Source: a virus
Strand: one strand, 5' to 3'
IMG/VR virus record: IMGVR_UViG_3300043466_001817
Coordinates: 1 to 64,000 of that record
Length of the DNA: 64,000 nt
In this document: piece by piece, positions 49,866-58,557 of the stretch
Numbering within the stretch: position 1 is the first letter of the stretch
Layout of the letters: every line of letters begins with the position of its first letter
Notes under the pieces: model-generated
Told to the model about the DNA's origin: nothing
Seen by the model: the letters and a program-made list of their open reading frames with translations, nothing else
The model's database searches: none
Translations under genes and position numbers: made by a program

Positions 49866-50378
49866 ATGAAAAATTTTAAACAATTTATCATCGAAGCCAA
49901 CGAACTGGCAAGAATCGAACACAAAAAATCGCCAGCTCACCACTCACACCCAATGGGTCAATTTTTGCAATTCATGCGTGATGAACTTCCAAACATTCAA
50001 GTGGATGATTCTGTAGCGCATGGAATGTACAAGAAAGAATTGGATTCTTATCTTGATACATTGATGGGAGAAGATCCAAAACATTTTGATAATCTTCACA
50101 AGGAACTCACCACCGACGAAGAAGATGGAAGCACCAGAAGAAGAGATTTGTTTGATGTTCTTCTCCATGTTACTGGAGAGGCAAAGGAAAGAGCATATAA
50201 AAAACTTGTTCAAGTACACAACCCAAGAGCATGGGAGACTCATCTTGATGATTTAAACGATGTCAGAGAAAGAGTCAAGAACCACATTGACGAGAAGGCT
50301 TCGGCAATGATAAAGTCAAGAACAAAAGATAATCCAAAATTCAGTCATATCGAATCTACAACCGATATAGAAATTTGA
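49866..50378 (+). CDS. Putative internal protein with capsid-targeting sequence
   Basis: MKNFKQFIIE N-terminus. Confidence 0.75.
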   Translation: MKNFKQFIIEANELARIEHKKSPAHHSHPMGQFLQFMRDELPNIQVDDSVAHGMYKKELDSYLDTLMGEDPKHFDNLHKELTTDEEDGSTRRRDLFDVLLHVTGEAKERAYKKLVQVHNPRAWETHLDDLNDVRERVKNHIDEKASAMIKSRTKDNPKFSHIESTTDIEI

Positions 50379-50385
50379 GGATAAC

Positions 50386-51024
50386 ATGAAAAGTTTTAAA
50401 CAATTTCTAACTGAAGAAGCAGAAGAATCTTTTGATGGTGGAAAGCCATTCAAAAGCAGAATCATTCGCAGACCAACAGCACAATCAATAGACCCGGCTT
50501 TCAGAGCCCTTGATCTATCGACTGAATATGCAAATTTTCCATCTGACCAATCGGCTACCGAGAGATATGTCAATGTAGCCAAAGAAATTCATAAACTTGG
50601 GTCAAGTGAAAATAAAAATGAAAGAGAATATTACAACTGGTGGATGGATGTTGTTGAAGATCCAGGATTAAGGAACAGGGACAAAATCAGAGAATTAAGA
50701 AAAATTTCTGGATATTTGGTAGCAGCCAAGCGCGGAGAACTGTTCCCAGCAACAATCACACAGGACGCAACAGAGTTGAAACCAAGAAAATTAAACTTAC
50801 CCACAACCCTTTTCAAAGATCCAGAACAAAGAAAGAAGCCGGGTGGAAAATTAGTTCCTCTTTCTGGCGAAGCAGAGGAACTTCACACAGCATTGGGTAA
50901 CATACCCCATTACAGAGAAGTTCTTGAAAGACCAGAGCAAACCACCATCATTCCATCAGCATCGGTCAAGAGCAAAATTTTGGATATTACCAGACCATTC
51001 CATGTAACCCCAAGCCATTATTGA
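50386..51024 (+). CDS. Putative internal protein with capsid-targeting sequence
   Basis: MKSFKQFLTE N-terminus; ends VTPSHY. Confidence 0.75.
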   Translation: MKSFKQFLTEEAEESFDGGKPFKSRIIRRPTAQSIDPAFRALDLSTEYANFPSDQSATERYVNVAKEIHKLGSSENKNEREYYNWWMDVVEDPGLRNRDKIRELRKISGYLVAAKRGELFPATITQDATELKPRKLNLPTTLFKDPEQRKKPGGKLVPLSGEAEELHTALGNIPHYREVLERPEQTTIIPSASVKSKILDITRPFHVTPSHY

Positions 51025-51025
51025 T

Positions 51026-51505
51026 ATGAAAAATTTTAAACAATTTTTAGCAGAGAGAAATTTTAGCCCGACCGACAACGATGAAGTAAGCGATGTGGAT
51101 TTCTATGGGGAACACACAAAATTATCCCCTGAAGATTACGGAAATTTTATCAAATCTTTGACTGATAAGTTTGCTACGATAGAAAAAGATTTCAATGATT
51201 CTCCCCTTTCCCGTGAAGATTATGATTATCTACGTGATATGCAGGGGGGACACCAAAGAGAACTTGATTACCACATAACAAACCCACATATCACGGATGA
51301 ACATTTACATCATGCCGTTCCTCATTTGTTGAATCACAATTTCAAGAGTACAGTAGAAAATTTAGATATTCCGTGGTCTGTAATGAAACCCCATGCAGAG
51401 ATGGCGATGGTGGCTTTCCCCGACAAGAAGAATATTAGAGCATTCAATGCCAGAGAAGAAATTGAAAAGGGTAAGGCTCCCTCTGTAACCCAAAGCCATT
51501 ATTGA
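51026..51505 (+). CDS. Putative internal protein with capsid-targeting sequence
   Basis: MKNFKQFLAE N-terminus; ends VTQSHY. Confidence 0.75.
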   Translation: MKNFKQFLAERNFSPTDNDEVSDVDFYGEHTKLSPEDYGNFIKSLTDKFATIEKDFNDSPLSREDYDYLRDMQGGHQRELDYHITNPHITDEHLHHAVPHLLNHNFKSTVENLDIPWSVMKPHAEMAMVAFPDKKNIRAFNAREEIEKGKAPSVTQSHY

Positions 51506-51506
51506 T

Positions 51507-51728
51507 ATGAAAAATTTTAAACAATTTATCACAGAAAATTATGATGTCTACCTAGACATGCCCCATACCAAAAAATTCAGGGCTCTTATCACAATGGTAG
51601 ACAAGGATGGGAAGGAACACAATTTTCCAATAGGATCAGATGATAATGTCAGAGAGGCAGCACATAAGACAATCAAAGGGCTATCTGACAAAGGATTCAC
51701 CCTTAAGGATGTAGAATACGAATTTTAA
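51507..51728 (+). CDS. Putative internal protein with capsid-targeting sequence
   Basis: MKNFKQFITE N-terminus. Confidence 0.75.
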   Translation: MKNFKQFITENYDVYLDMPHTKKFRALITMVDKDGKEHNFPIGSDDNVREAAHKTIKGLSDKGFTLKDVEYEF

Positions 51729-51744
51729 ACGGATAAATAACTTT

Positions 51745-52188
51745 ATGAACTACCTAACAAATTATTACAAAAATTTATGCGAACAACTAGAAATGCAACT
51801 TGCCCTATTGGAAGCCAAAGTAAAGGATTCCAAGAAGAAGAGCAAGGGCAAGAAACTTGACCCAGTAGGCAAGGAAGATGGTGACATCGACAATGATGGT
51901 GATGAGGATGAAACTGATGGATACCTAGCCAACCGTCGTAAGGCAATCGGTAAGGCAATGAAAAATAAAAAGAAAGTTGTCAAGGAAGAAACTTCAACAG
52001 GAGTAGAGGGAGACTACGAAGGGGAGATGTCAAAAGGGGAACTCCAATACACAATTCAAAATGCCCAAGAAATTTTAGATCAACTCAAGGATGATGATGA
52101 ACTAGAAGCATGGGTACAGAGCAAGATTACAAAGGCTTCTGACTATATTTCTACAGTAAAAGATTATATGGCTGGTAGGAATAAGTAA
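51745..52188 (+). CDS. Conserved T4-like phage late protein
   Basis: KLDPVGKEDGDIDNDGD.D..D.YL.NRRKAI and DYEGEM...LEAWVQSKITKA.DY motifs. Confidence 0.8.
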   Translation: MNYLTNYYKNLCEQLEMQLALLEAKVKDSKKKSKGKKLDPVGKEDGDIDNDGDEDETDGYLANRRKAIGKAMKNKKKVVKEETSTGVEGDYEGEMSKGELQYTIQNAQEILDQLKDDDELEAWVQSKITKASDYISTVKDYMAGRNK

Positions 52189-52327
52189 GGGGGTAATACG
52201 AGGGATAGAGTAAGGAAGATTGGGTAAAAAATATTGAAGAATTTTAAGAAAATTTGGAGTTAGACCCACACTCTCTAACACCCTTTAAACCTCTTATAAG
52301 CCATCCAGAGCCCGTCCAGCGCACAAA

Positions 52328-52357
52328 AGGCCCCCGGAGTCATGTCCGAGGGCCTTG
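52328..52357. terminator. Hairpin between convergent late and early units
   Basis: aaggccc-ccgga...tccga-gggcctt. Confidence 0.5.
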
Positions 52358-52657
52358 TCTCTAATAGCCTTATAGGCGGTCAAGCAATTACTATCAAGAT
52401 TTTGACAAATTTTAGAGAATTTTTGACAATATTAGCACAACCCTGTCCAGAGTTCTCCATACCGTCCGCCATATGAGCAATGTAAGGGTTCTTATCGACA
52501 ATATCTTTAATTATTTTGACACTTGGGCTACATGCCGTCCGAGCACCGTCCAGATAACGTCCAGGGCCCGTACCGTCCGAGAATATATTAAAATTTTTGA
52601 GAATATTATAACCTACCTACCTAGGGGCCCTACACCCTGATAGTAGATAAAAAAATT

Positions 52658-52894
52658 TTAGATTCTTCCAGATCCCGTCCCGCTGGATCCCGTCCACAAA
52701 TTTTCAATAATTCTTGGAACGTCTGATATCTGAACAATTCCCAGACCCACCAGCGCACCGATAACCGTGGCGCTCACGAGTCCGATAACCCCCACAGTTC
52801 TCCAGAGAACAGCCCAGACGAGTCCGATAACCCCCCATGCCCCATAACTAGATCTACGGTACACACTAGGGCGATAGGGGGTTATCGGTCGCAT
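52658..52894 (-). CDS. Putative small membrane protein
   Basis: Hydrophobic GVIGLV repeats; TTGACT...TATACT promoter upstream. Confidence 0.45.
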   Translation of the reverse strand: MRPITPYRPSVYRRSSYGAWGVIGLVWAVLWRTVGVIGLVSATVIGALVGLGIVQISDVPRIIENLWTGSSGTGSGRI

Positions 52895-53025
52895 GAACAG
52901 TCCCCTAGTATACACCACAGGACCCATAAGTCAAGTAATGGCAAGGACTTACGATCCAGTGAAGACGTCCAGTTCTCTGGAGAAATGAATTAAATTTAAT
53001 ACCGTCCAGCCCGTCCCGTCCGCGA

Positions 53026-53090
53026 CTACTATCAGGGAGCGCAAATATTATGCAAAAAATCAAAGTTCCTCTGAGGAACTTTGATAGTAG
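53026..53090. repeat. Early-region palindromic element, copy 1
   Basis: CTACTATCAGG...atcaaagttcctc-t-gaggaactttgat-AGTAG. Confidence 0.92.
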
Positions 53091-53166
53091 CCGGTATGTA
53101 TACAATAGAACAACCCCCGGGCCTGGCTCTCTCCTTCCAGTCCGGGGGCGTTCCTACGGGGATTAC

Positions 53167-55269
53167 TTACTTGCAGGGCAAGCTGTAGATGGCTTCCGTC
53201 CCCCGCTTGAGGGGCTGGCCCGCCACGATGTCCACATACCGGGAGAGGAACACGCGGCTACCGCTGCGCTTCGCCATCGTCTTGACGAAGGTGTTCTTGA
53301 CCTTCGTGAAGGTTCCGCTGTCCACGATGGCATCCTCGTCCTTGACGATCTTCGGGGTCTTGACGAGGAAGTACGCATCGTACCCGTGGAAGATCTCGTC
53401 GTGGACAACGATGCAGCCGTCCTTGTACGCCTCCTTCGCAGCAGCGAACCGGGGAGAGGCGGCGAGGTTCTGATACGAACCCCTCTCCTTCGCGGCCACG
53501 CAGTACTGGTAGAAGAACGATTCGGTCAGGGCGTTGGGGCCAACCATCATCCCGACGAGGCGGGCGTTGAACTTCTCACGCAGGGAGTGCAGCATGATGC
53601 CGACGATCTCGTTGCCCAAGCACGAAGTCATCTCGCGGGAAGGCATCCGGGTGATCGTTCCCGTGATGTTGTTCTGCACCGTCAGCACCCCGTCCTGACC
53701 GACGCTGTACATGGAGTAGATATCGTCGCCCTTCGCGCCACGGATGCCGATGCCGTTGGGCGAACCGTCCGTGATGTGCATGAGCGTGGGGATCTGAATG
53801 TTGTTGGCCTTGATCCACTCCGCGACGAACTGGGACGCGATGGCGACGGCCTCCACCGTGGGCGTACCGCCCAACCGGATCGCAGCGGGCCGCTTGTTCT
53901 GAACGATGGACTCGTAGAGGTAGGCCATGACCTTCTCGCGCTTGTCCGCACCGTCCCGCGACGAGGCAATGTTGATGAGGCGGGCCTCGTTGAGCGTGAG
54001 GGTGTTCATCTGCTGTCCGACGATCTTCGGCTCAAACATCCTGCTGAAGTCGCTGTAGTACTTCGTGGGGTTCTTCTTGCGCCACTCATCGAACTTGCCG
54101 CCGTGGAACGCGGCCTGATTCACTTCGGTGTAGCCGAACACCTCAAAGGGGATCTTCGCCTTCTCGCAGAACCAAACCAACTGGCAGACCTGAAGGAAGC
54201 AGTCCGACAGAGAGTGCTGCATCGACCCGCTGAAGTCCATGAGGAACACGATGCCGTGGTTCTTGCCGTCCTGCTTGACGATCTTGGAAAGGAAGATATC
54301 GTCGTGGGTGCGGTACTGGTGGAGGCGGTCAAGGTTCAACTGGCCCGTCTGCTTGGGCCGCTCCTTGCGGATCGCGTCCGCTGCCTTGCGGCGCTCAAAC
54401 TGCATGACGAGCTGCCGAACGAACGAATCGGAGTCCTTGACGAACTGGCGGTAGCCGGTCAGATCGACCTGCGGGTACGAGGTCTGCTTCTCAAACTCGT
54501 CAAAGATGTAATCCGTGGGGACGATGGCAGCGTTGACATCCTCCAACATGGGGATGACAACCGTGGGCGAGTGAACCTTCGGGCCGGACTTCTTGCCGTG
54601 GCCCGCGATGTCAGTCTCCACGATCCCGTCCTGCATGGCTTCGGTGCCGATCGCGTCGGCCTGACCCTGCTGCTGCTCTGCCTTCTCGCGGGCAGCCTGC
54701 ATCTGCGGCGACTGGTAGATGATCTTGGCGAGGGCGATGCACTCCTCGAAAGTCTCGCAACCATCGACCGCATCCACGATGGCCTGCTCGTTCTCGTCCA
54801 TCGGAACGGTGACGAAACCGGGAACGCCCCACTTGAAGTGGATGTTCACCTTGTTGACGATGTTCGCGTCGGTCAAGTCCATCTTGGCGATGCCGAACAT
54901 ATCCAAGTCGTTGATCTCCTTGTAGCCCAAGAAGAAGTCGCGGCGGGTGCCGGGGAACTTGTCCTTCATCTTCTTCTCAATGCGGACATCCTCAATGACA
55001 TTGGCGATGCGCTGAAGCAACTCGATGTTGAACCCCTCCGCTTCGGCCTGATCGAACAGCACCTTCGACTGCTCGTAGGGAGTCCACAGGGCGTGGCTGA
55101 TCTCATGGGCGACGAGCATGGTCTGCACCGTTTCGGAAACCTTCCAGACGGGCATGACGAGGTGGCGGTTCTCAACATCGAACGACGCGGTGGCGGCGTT
55201 GGCATCGAAGGAGAACGAAATGTTTTCGGAGGCGAGGGCGCGAGCGAAGATGGAGAGAGAAGTGTTCAT
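53167..55269 (-). CDS. CobT-like metallopeptidase (HExxH) + VWA protein
   Basis: AHEISH, NVIEDVRIE, MIDAS DFSGSM, GGTP and ITDG motifs; leaderless start at 55269. Confidence 0.9.
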   Translation of the reverse strand: MNTSLSIFARALASENISFSFDANAATASFDVENRHLVMPVWKVSETVQTMLVAHEISHALWTPYEQSKVLFDQAEAEGFNIELLQRIANVIEDVRIEKKMKDKFPGTRRDFFLGYKEINDLDMFGIAKMDLTDANIVNKVNIHFKWGVPGFVTVPMDENEQAIVDAVDGCETFEECIALAKIIYQSPQMQAAREKAEQQQGQADAIGTEAMQDGIVETDIAGHGKKSGPKVHSPTVVIPMLEDVNAAIVPTDYIFDEFEKQTSYPQVDLTGYRQFVKDSDSFVRQLVMQFERRKAADAIRKERPKQTGQLNLDRLHQYRTHDDIFLSKIVKQDGKNHGIVFLMDFSGSMQHSLSDCFLQVCQLVWFCEKAKIPFEVFGYTEVNQAAFHGGKFDEWRKKNPTKYYSDFSRMFEPKIVGQQMNTLTLNEARLINIASSRDGADKREKVMAYLYESIVQNKRPAAIRLGGTPTVEAVAIASQFVAEWIKANNIQIPTLMHITDGSPNGIGIRGAKGDDIYSMYSVGQDGVLTVQNNITGTITRMPSREMTSCLGNEIVGIMLHSLREKFNARLVGMMVGPNALTESFFYQYCVAAKERGSYQNLAASPRFAAAKEAYKDGCIVVHDEIFHGYDAYFLVKTPKIVKDEDAIVDSGTFTKVKNTFVKTMAKRSGSRVFLSRYVDIVAGQPLKRGTEAIYSLPCK

Positions 55270-55365
55270 GCGCTCATTGTAGCAGGTCTGTAGGTGAATG
55301 CAACTACTAGGATCGGAAAATGGCAATTCTTTTTTGCGTCCGATAAGGGACCGGCCCCGTCCAGG

Positions 55366-55434
55366 CTACTATCAGGCCGTCAAGCAAATAACACAAAATT
55401 CTCAAAGATTCCTCAGAGGAATCTTTGATAGTAG
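55366..55434. repeat. Early-region palindromic element, copy 2
   Basis: CTACTATCAGG...tcaaagattcctc-a-gaggaatctttga-TAGTAG. Confidence 0.92.
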
Positions 55435-55494
55435 CCCCTGCCTGGAAGATCCCCTGCCCCTTTCGGAGCAGGGGATCTTGTCCTCTGAACAGCA

Positions 55495-55716
55495 TCAGAC
55501 CGTGGCCGGTGCGATCAGGGAGGTCAGGTCGTAGACCCCCTTGCTGACCGCGCTCTTGTGATCCTTCAGCACCCAAGTGGGGATGCCCTTCATGTTGATC
55601 GCCTGGGCGACGGCCAGCAGGTCGGCCTTGCTGAAGCTGTCGGTGGGGCGGTTGTGAACCTCCGCGTAGTGCTTGGCGGCGGCGACGAAACGGTTGCGCT
55701 TATTGAGGTACGGCAT
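55495..55716 (-). CDS. Small protein resembling the N-terminal domain of the adjacent AAA+ ATPase
   Basis: IPTWVLKD...KGVYDL versus LPAWLVTD...RGLYSI. Confidence 0.7.
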   Translation of the reverse strand: MPYLNKRNRFVAAAKHYAEVHNRPTDSFSKADLLAVAQAINMKGIPTWVLKDHKSAVSKGVYDLTSLIAPATV

Positions 55717-55734
55717 TGTCAGAATCTCCTTGTG

Positions 55735-56997
55735 TTAGGCGTTGAGAGCGTAGGAAGTGTCAGTCGGGGCAGCGACAGGCTGCGCCTTCTTGTCCGCACC
55801 CTCCGGCATCGGCAGGATGGTGGGGTCGATCTTGGTGTAGAGGTCGAAGAAAGCCTTCTGCGTGGCGGGGTCGAACCGCGTCAGCGTCAACTTGATCGCC
55901 TTCTCCTTGTCCGCGAAGATGGCGAACGCCTTGCAGACCTCCTCCAAGCGGCGGGTCGTGATGATGTCATCCAAGCCGCCCTCCTTGAAGCCCAAGCGGA
56001 TCGTTTCCGCCCACTTGGTGAGGTACTGGGCGAACTCCTTGTCCTCGCGCCCGTAAGCCTTCATCTTGCGGATGATGATGCGGGCCTCCACGGTGCGATC
56101 CGCGTAGTCCTGCTCAAACCAGTACGAGAAGCGGTCGAGGAAAGCCTCGTTCATCACTCGCGTCCCGACGAAGCGGTCGGACTCGCCCTTGCCCTTCGTG
56201 TTGGCGGTGGCGACGGCGTTGAAGCCGACAGACGGGCGGACATACTGCCCGATCTTCTTGAGGTAGATGCCCTTGCCCTCAAGGACGGGCTGGAGGCACA
56301 TCATCCGCTCCGAACCCAAGTCGATCTCGTCCAACAGCAGGATGGCACCCTTCTGCATGGCCTGAACGACGGGGCCGTAGACGAACTTGGTTTCGCCGTT
56401 GACGAGGCGGAAGCCGCCCAACAGATCGTCCTCGTCGGTTTCGGAGGTGATGTTGACGCGGACGCACTCGCGGGCGTTGGCCGCGCAGATCTGCTCAATC
56501 ATCGTGGTCTTGCCGTTGCCCGACAGACCCGTGATGTAGATGGGCGCGAACTGCTTGGAGGCGAGGATGGTGGCGATGGTGTCGTAGTGGCCCCACGGAA
56601 CGAAGGTGTCGTTCTTGGAGGGAACGAGCGAGACATCGGACATGGGGAGGACGAGGTTGAAGTTGTTGGTGTTGCTGTTCATGGGCGTAATCTTATCACA
56701 AGTTTCGGTCGGAGTCAAGTCCACGGAAGGAAGATTCTCAACAATCTTTTGGGGAAATTCGAGGTTCAGGCGGGCACCGGCCACTTCGACTTCGGGGATG
56801 CTGTACAGGCCGCGACCCAGGCGACGAGCCTGATCAGTCACGAGCCAAGCGGGCAGGCACGAGTACGAGACCCGGTGCGTCTGCTTGCAGAGGTTGAGTG
56901 CGGTCAGGCACTCGTCACGGGTGAAAGAGGTGCGAAGCCCGAACGACAGGGCGAGGGATTCGAGGAAGTGCTGCTTACGAAGATCGATGCTGTTCAT
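55735..56997 (-). CDS. CobS/MoxR-like AAA+ ATPase (second in-frame start at 56682)
   Basis: GLSGNGKT, LLLDEID, ATANTKGKG and NEAFLDRF motifs. Confidence 0.93.
   Translation of the reverse strand: MNSIDLRKQHFLESLALSFGLRTSFTRDECLTALNLCKQTHRVSYSCLPAWLVTDQARRLGRGLYSIPEVEVAGARLNLEFPQKIVENLPSVDLTPTETCDKITPMNSNTNNFNLVLPMSDVSLVPSKNDTFVPWGHYDTIATILASKQFAPIYITGLSGNGKTTMIEQICAANARECVRVNITSETDEDDLLGGFRLVNGETKFVYGPVVQAMQKGAILLLDEIDLGSERMMCLQPVLEGKGIYLKKIGQYVRPSVGFNAVATANTKGKGESDRFVGTRVMNEAFLDRFSYWFEQDYADRTVEARIIIRKMKAYGREDKEFAQYLTKWAETIRLGFKEGGLDDIITTRRLEEVCKAFAIFADKEKAIKLTLTRFDPATQKAFFDLYTKIDPTILPMPEGADKKAQPVAAPTDTSYALNA
56690..56718 (-). promoter_or_regulatory. Internal sigma70 promoter within the AAA+ ORF
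   Basis: TTGACT-N17-TAAGAT, 7 nt before the in-frame ATG at 56682. Confidence 0.7.
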
Positions 56998-57110
56998 GAG
57001 AACATTGTAATCTATGAGGCGAAGATTGCAAGACCAATCTTCCATTATTCTCAAGATTGTCTCCAGGTCCGATAACCGGCCCCAGAGTCTGGTGCTGTCC
57101 GTTCTGTCCA

Positions 57111-57178
57111 CTACTATCAGGGAAATAATATAATATCTCGGAAAAAATCAAAGACCGCCTGGCGGTCTTTGATAGTAG
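57111..57178. repeat. Early-region palindromic element, copy 3
   Basis: CTACTATCAGG...atcaaagaccgcc-t-ggcggtctttgat-AGTAG. Confidence 0.92.
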
Positions 57179-57253
57179 TGGCAAATAAAAACCCCCAGCC
57201 TAGCAACTGGGGGTCGGAGGAACATCCTCCTTGAAGAAAGAAACGAACCTGAA

Positions 57254-57598
57254 TCAGCCCTTCAGGTACTCCGAAGCCGGGCCACTCTTGCAGCAGCCGG
57301 TACCATCGTTGTAGTAGGACTTCTTGCAGTCCTTGTTCTCGTTGTGGCACTTCTCCCACAGAACATCAACCTCGCGGTGCAGTTGCTCACGGGAGCCTTC
57401 CATCTCGCGCTTGAGTTCCGCAATCTTCTCGTTGCAGGAACGACCGCAGGCAAGCACCTCGTCAATTACATACCGCTCGCTGGCCTCCGTGTAGGTACGG
57501 ATGCTGCGAATCTTGTTGTCGATGTAGTTCTTGACGATCAGGCCGCAAGCAAGCACACCGAAGGCGACGGCAAAGATCAAAGCGTAGTTCTCGTTCAT
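57254..57598 (-). CDS. Single-TM coiled-coil protein
   Basis: N-terminal TM; AGGAG SD; own sigma70 promoter. Confidence 0.7.
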   Translation of the reverse strand: MNENYALIFAVAFGVLACGLIVKNYIDNKIRSIRTYTEASERYVIDEVLACGRSCNEKIAELKREMEGSREQLHREVDVLWEKCHNENKDCKKSYYNDGTGCCKSGPASEYLKG

Positions 57599-57657
57599 CT
57601 GAATCTCCTTGTTGTTGGTGGTATTATACCACCTGGTTGTGGGTTGTCAAGTCTGAA

Positions 57658-57741
57658 TAGGACGGGTGAGATTCGAACTCACGGTGCATAAAGCGGGCAA
57701 TTATAAGTCGCCTGCTGCTCTCCATCGCAGCACGCCGTCCT
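57658..57741 (-). tRNA. Atypical tRNA with TAT (Ile) anticodon
   Basis: AGGACGG/CCGTCCT acceptor stem, ggcga-ct-TAT-aa-ttgcc anticodon arm, gtgag-TTCGAAT-ctcac T-arm; 6-bp D-stem and enlarged variable region. Confidence 0.75.
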
Positions 57742-57888
57742 GTGTGAAGCCTTTTTACGGATGCTCCTTTGTCCGTGCATTCGCAGAATGCCTCTGTGCG
57801 GTTTTATGACTACCGCCAAAACTTATAATATAATCTGCATTGTGTTTCTCAATAGTGCATTGTAGCACCTCTTTGTTCTGTGTCAAGG

Positions 57889-57962
57889 CGTTTCCGGGGG
57901 GACTCGAACCCTCAACCTGCCGCTTAGAAGGCGGCTGCTCTATCCGGTTGAGCTACGGAAAC
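57889..57962 (-). tRNA. tRNA-Arg(TCT)
   Basis: gccgc-ct-TCT-aa-gcggc anticodon arm. Confidence 0.93.
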
Positions 57963-58055
57963 ATTCGGAAGGAGTACTCTACGGTCTAGGGAATCCCATT
58001 TTCCGACTTTTCGTCCTTCCTTATTGGATGAACTTGAAGAAGTCCATCTCGTTAG

Positions 58056-58140
58056 TGGGATTGGTGGGACTTGAACCCACAAGACTTTTGAGGTCGGCAG
58101 ATTTTGAGTCTGCTGCGTATGCCGATTCCGCCACAATCCC
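58056..58140 (-). tRNA. tRNA-Leu(CAA)
   Basis: gcaga-ct-CAA-aa-tctgc anticodon arm; long variable arm. Confidence 0.93.
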
Positions 58141-58155
58141 GATGCGCCCATTATA

Positions 58156-58431
58156 TCACACTATGGGCGGGTTGTCAACCCTATCTTCTAGGGAGAATTT
58201 TTCTTCAATTTCCTCGAAGAATTCCGAATTGGCTCGGACCACCTGCTCATGGAGCCGGTCAACGTTGAGGCATTGGGCTGCGTTGTCCACCTCATCGAAG
58301 TACTGATTGATCAGTTCCTTCGGCGGGTTGCCGTTGCCATGGAGAATGTGTTCCATGATGCGGTCTGCGACAATGACCACGCGGTCATAAGCCTGGAGCG
58401 AGCTGATGTAGTGCTGTTCTGAAATCTTCAT
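58156..58431 (-). CDS. Hypothetical protein
   Basis: MKISEQHY... start with AGGAGG SD. Confidence 0.65.
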   Translation of the reverse strand: MKISEQHYISSLQAYDRVVIVADRIMEHILHGNGNPPKELINQYFDEVDNAAQCLNVDRLHEQVVRANSEFFEEIEEKFSLEDRVDNPPIV

Positions 58432-58445
58432 AGTGTCCTCCTGAA

Positions 58446-58518
58446 TGCCTCCGGTGGGGTTCGAACCCACGACCAATAGATTAAAAGTCTACTGCGCTAC
58501 CAACTGCGCTACAGAGGC
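58446..58518 (-). tRNA. tRNA-Lys(TTT)
   Basis: gtaga-ct-TTT-aa-tctat anticodon arm. Confidence 0.93.
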
Positions 58519-58557
58519 GAGATGCCCATTATATCCGATGGGCGCGGTGAAGTCAAG

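Larger units (their letters stand above)
49844..51527 (+). repeat. Three copies of a ~43-bp gene-junction repeat (49844, 51004, 51485)
   Basis: RTAACCCMRAGCCAWTAYTGATATGAAAAATTTTAAACAATTT spans the stop of one gene and the start of the next. Confidence 0.9.

Noticed and set aside
52758-52888. CCGATAACC repeats as iterons
   Set aside because: Three copies coincide with repeated VIG codons of a plausible membrane ORF. Single copies at 57069 and 63700 are suggestive but insufficient.
53050-55293. 747-aa plus-strand ORF
   Set aside because: Antisense shadow of the GC3-rich CobT/VWA gene; no motifs, and it starts inside a palindromic element.
55558-57075. 505-aa plus-strand ORF
   Set aside because: Antisense shadow of the AAA+ ATPase gene.
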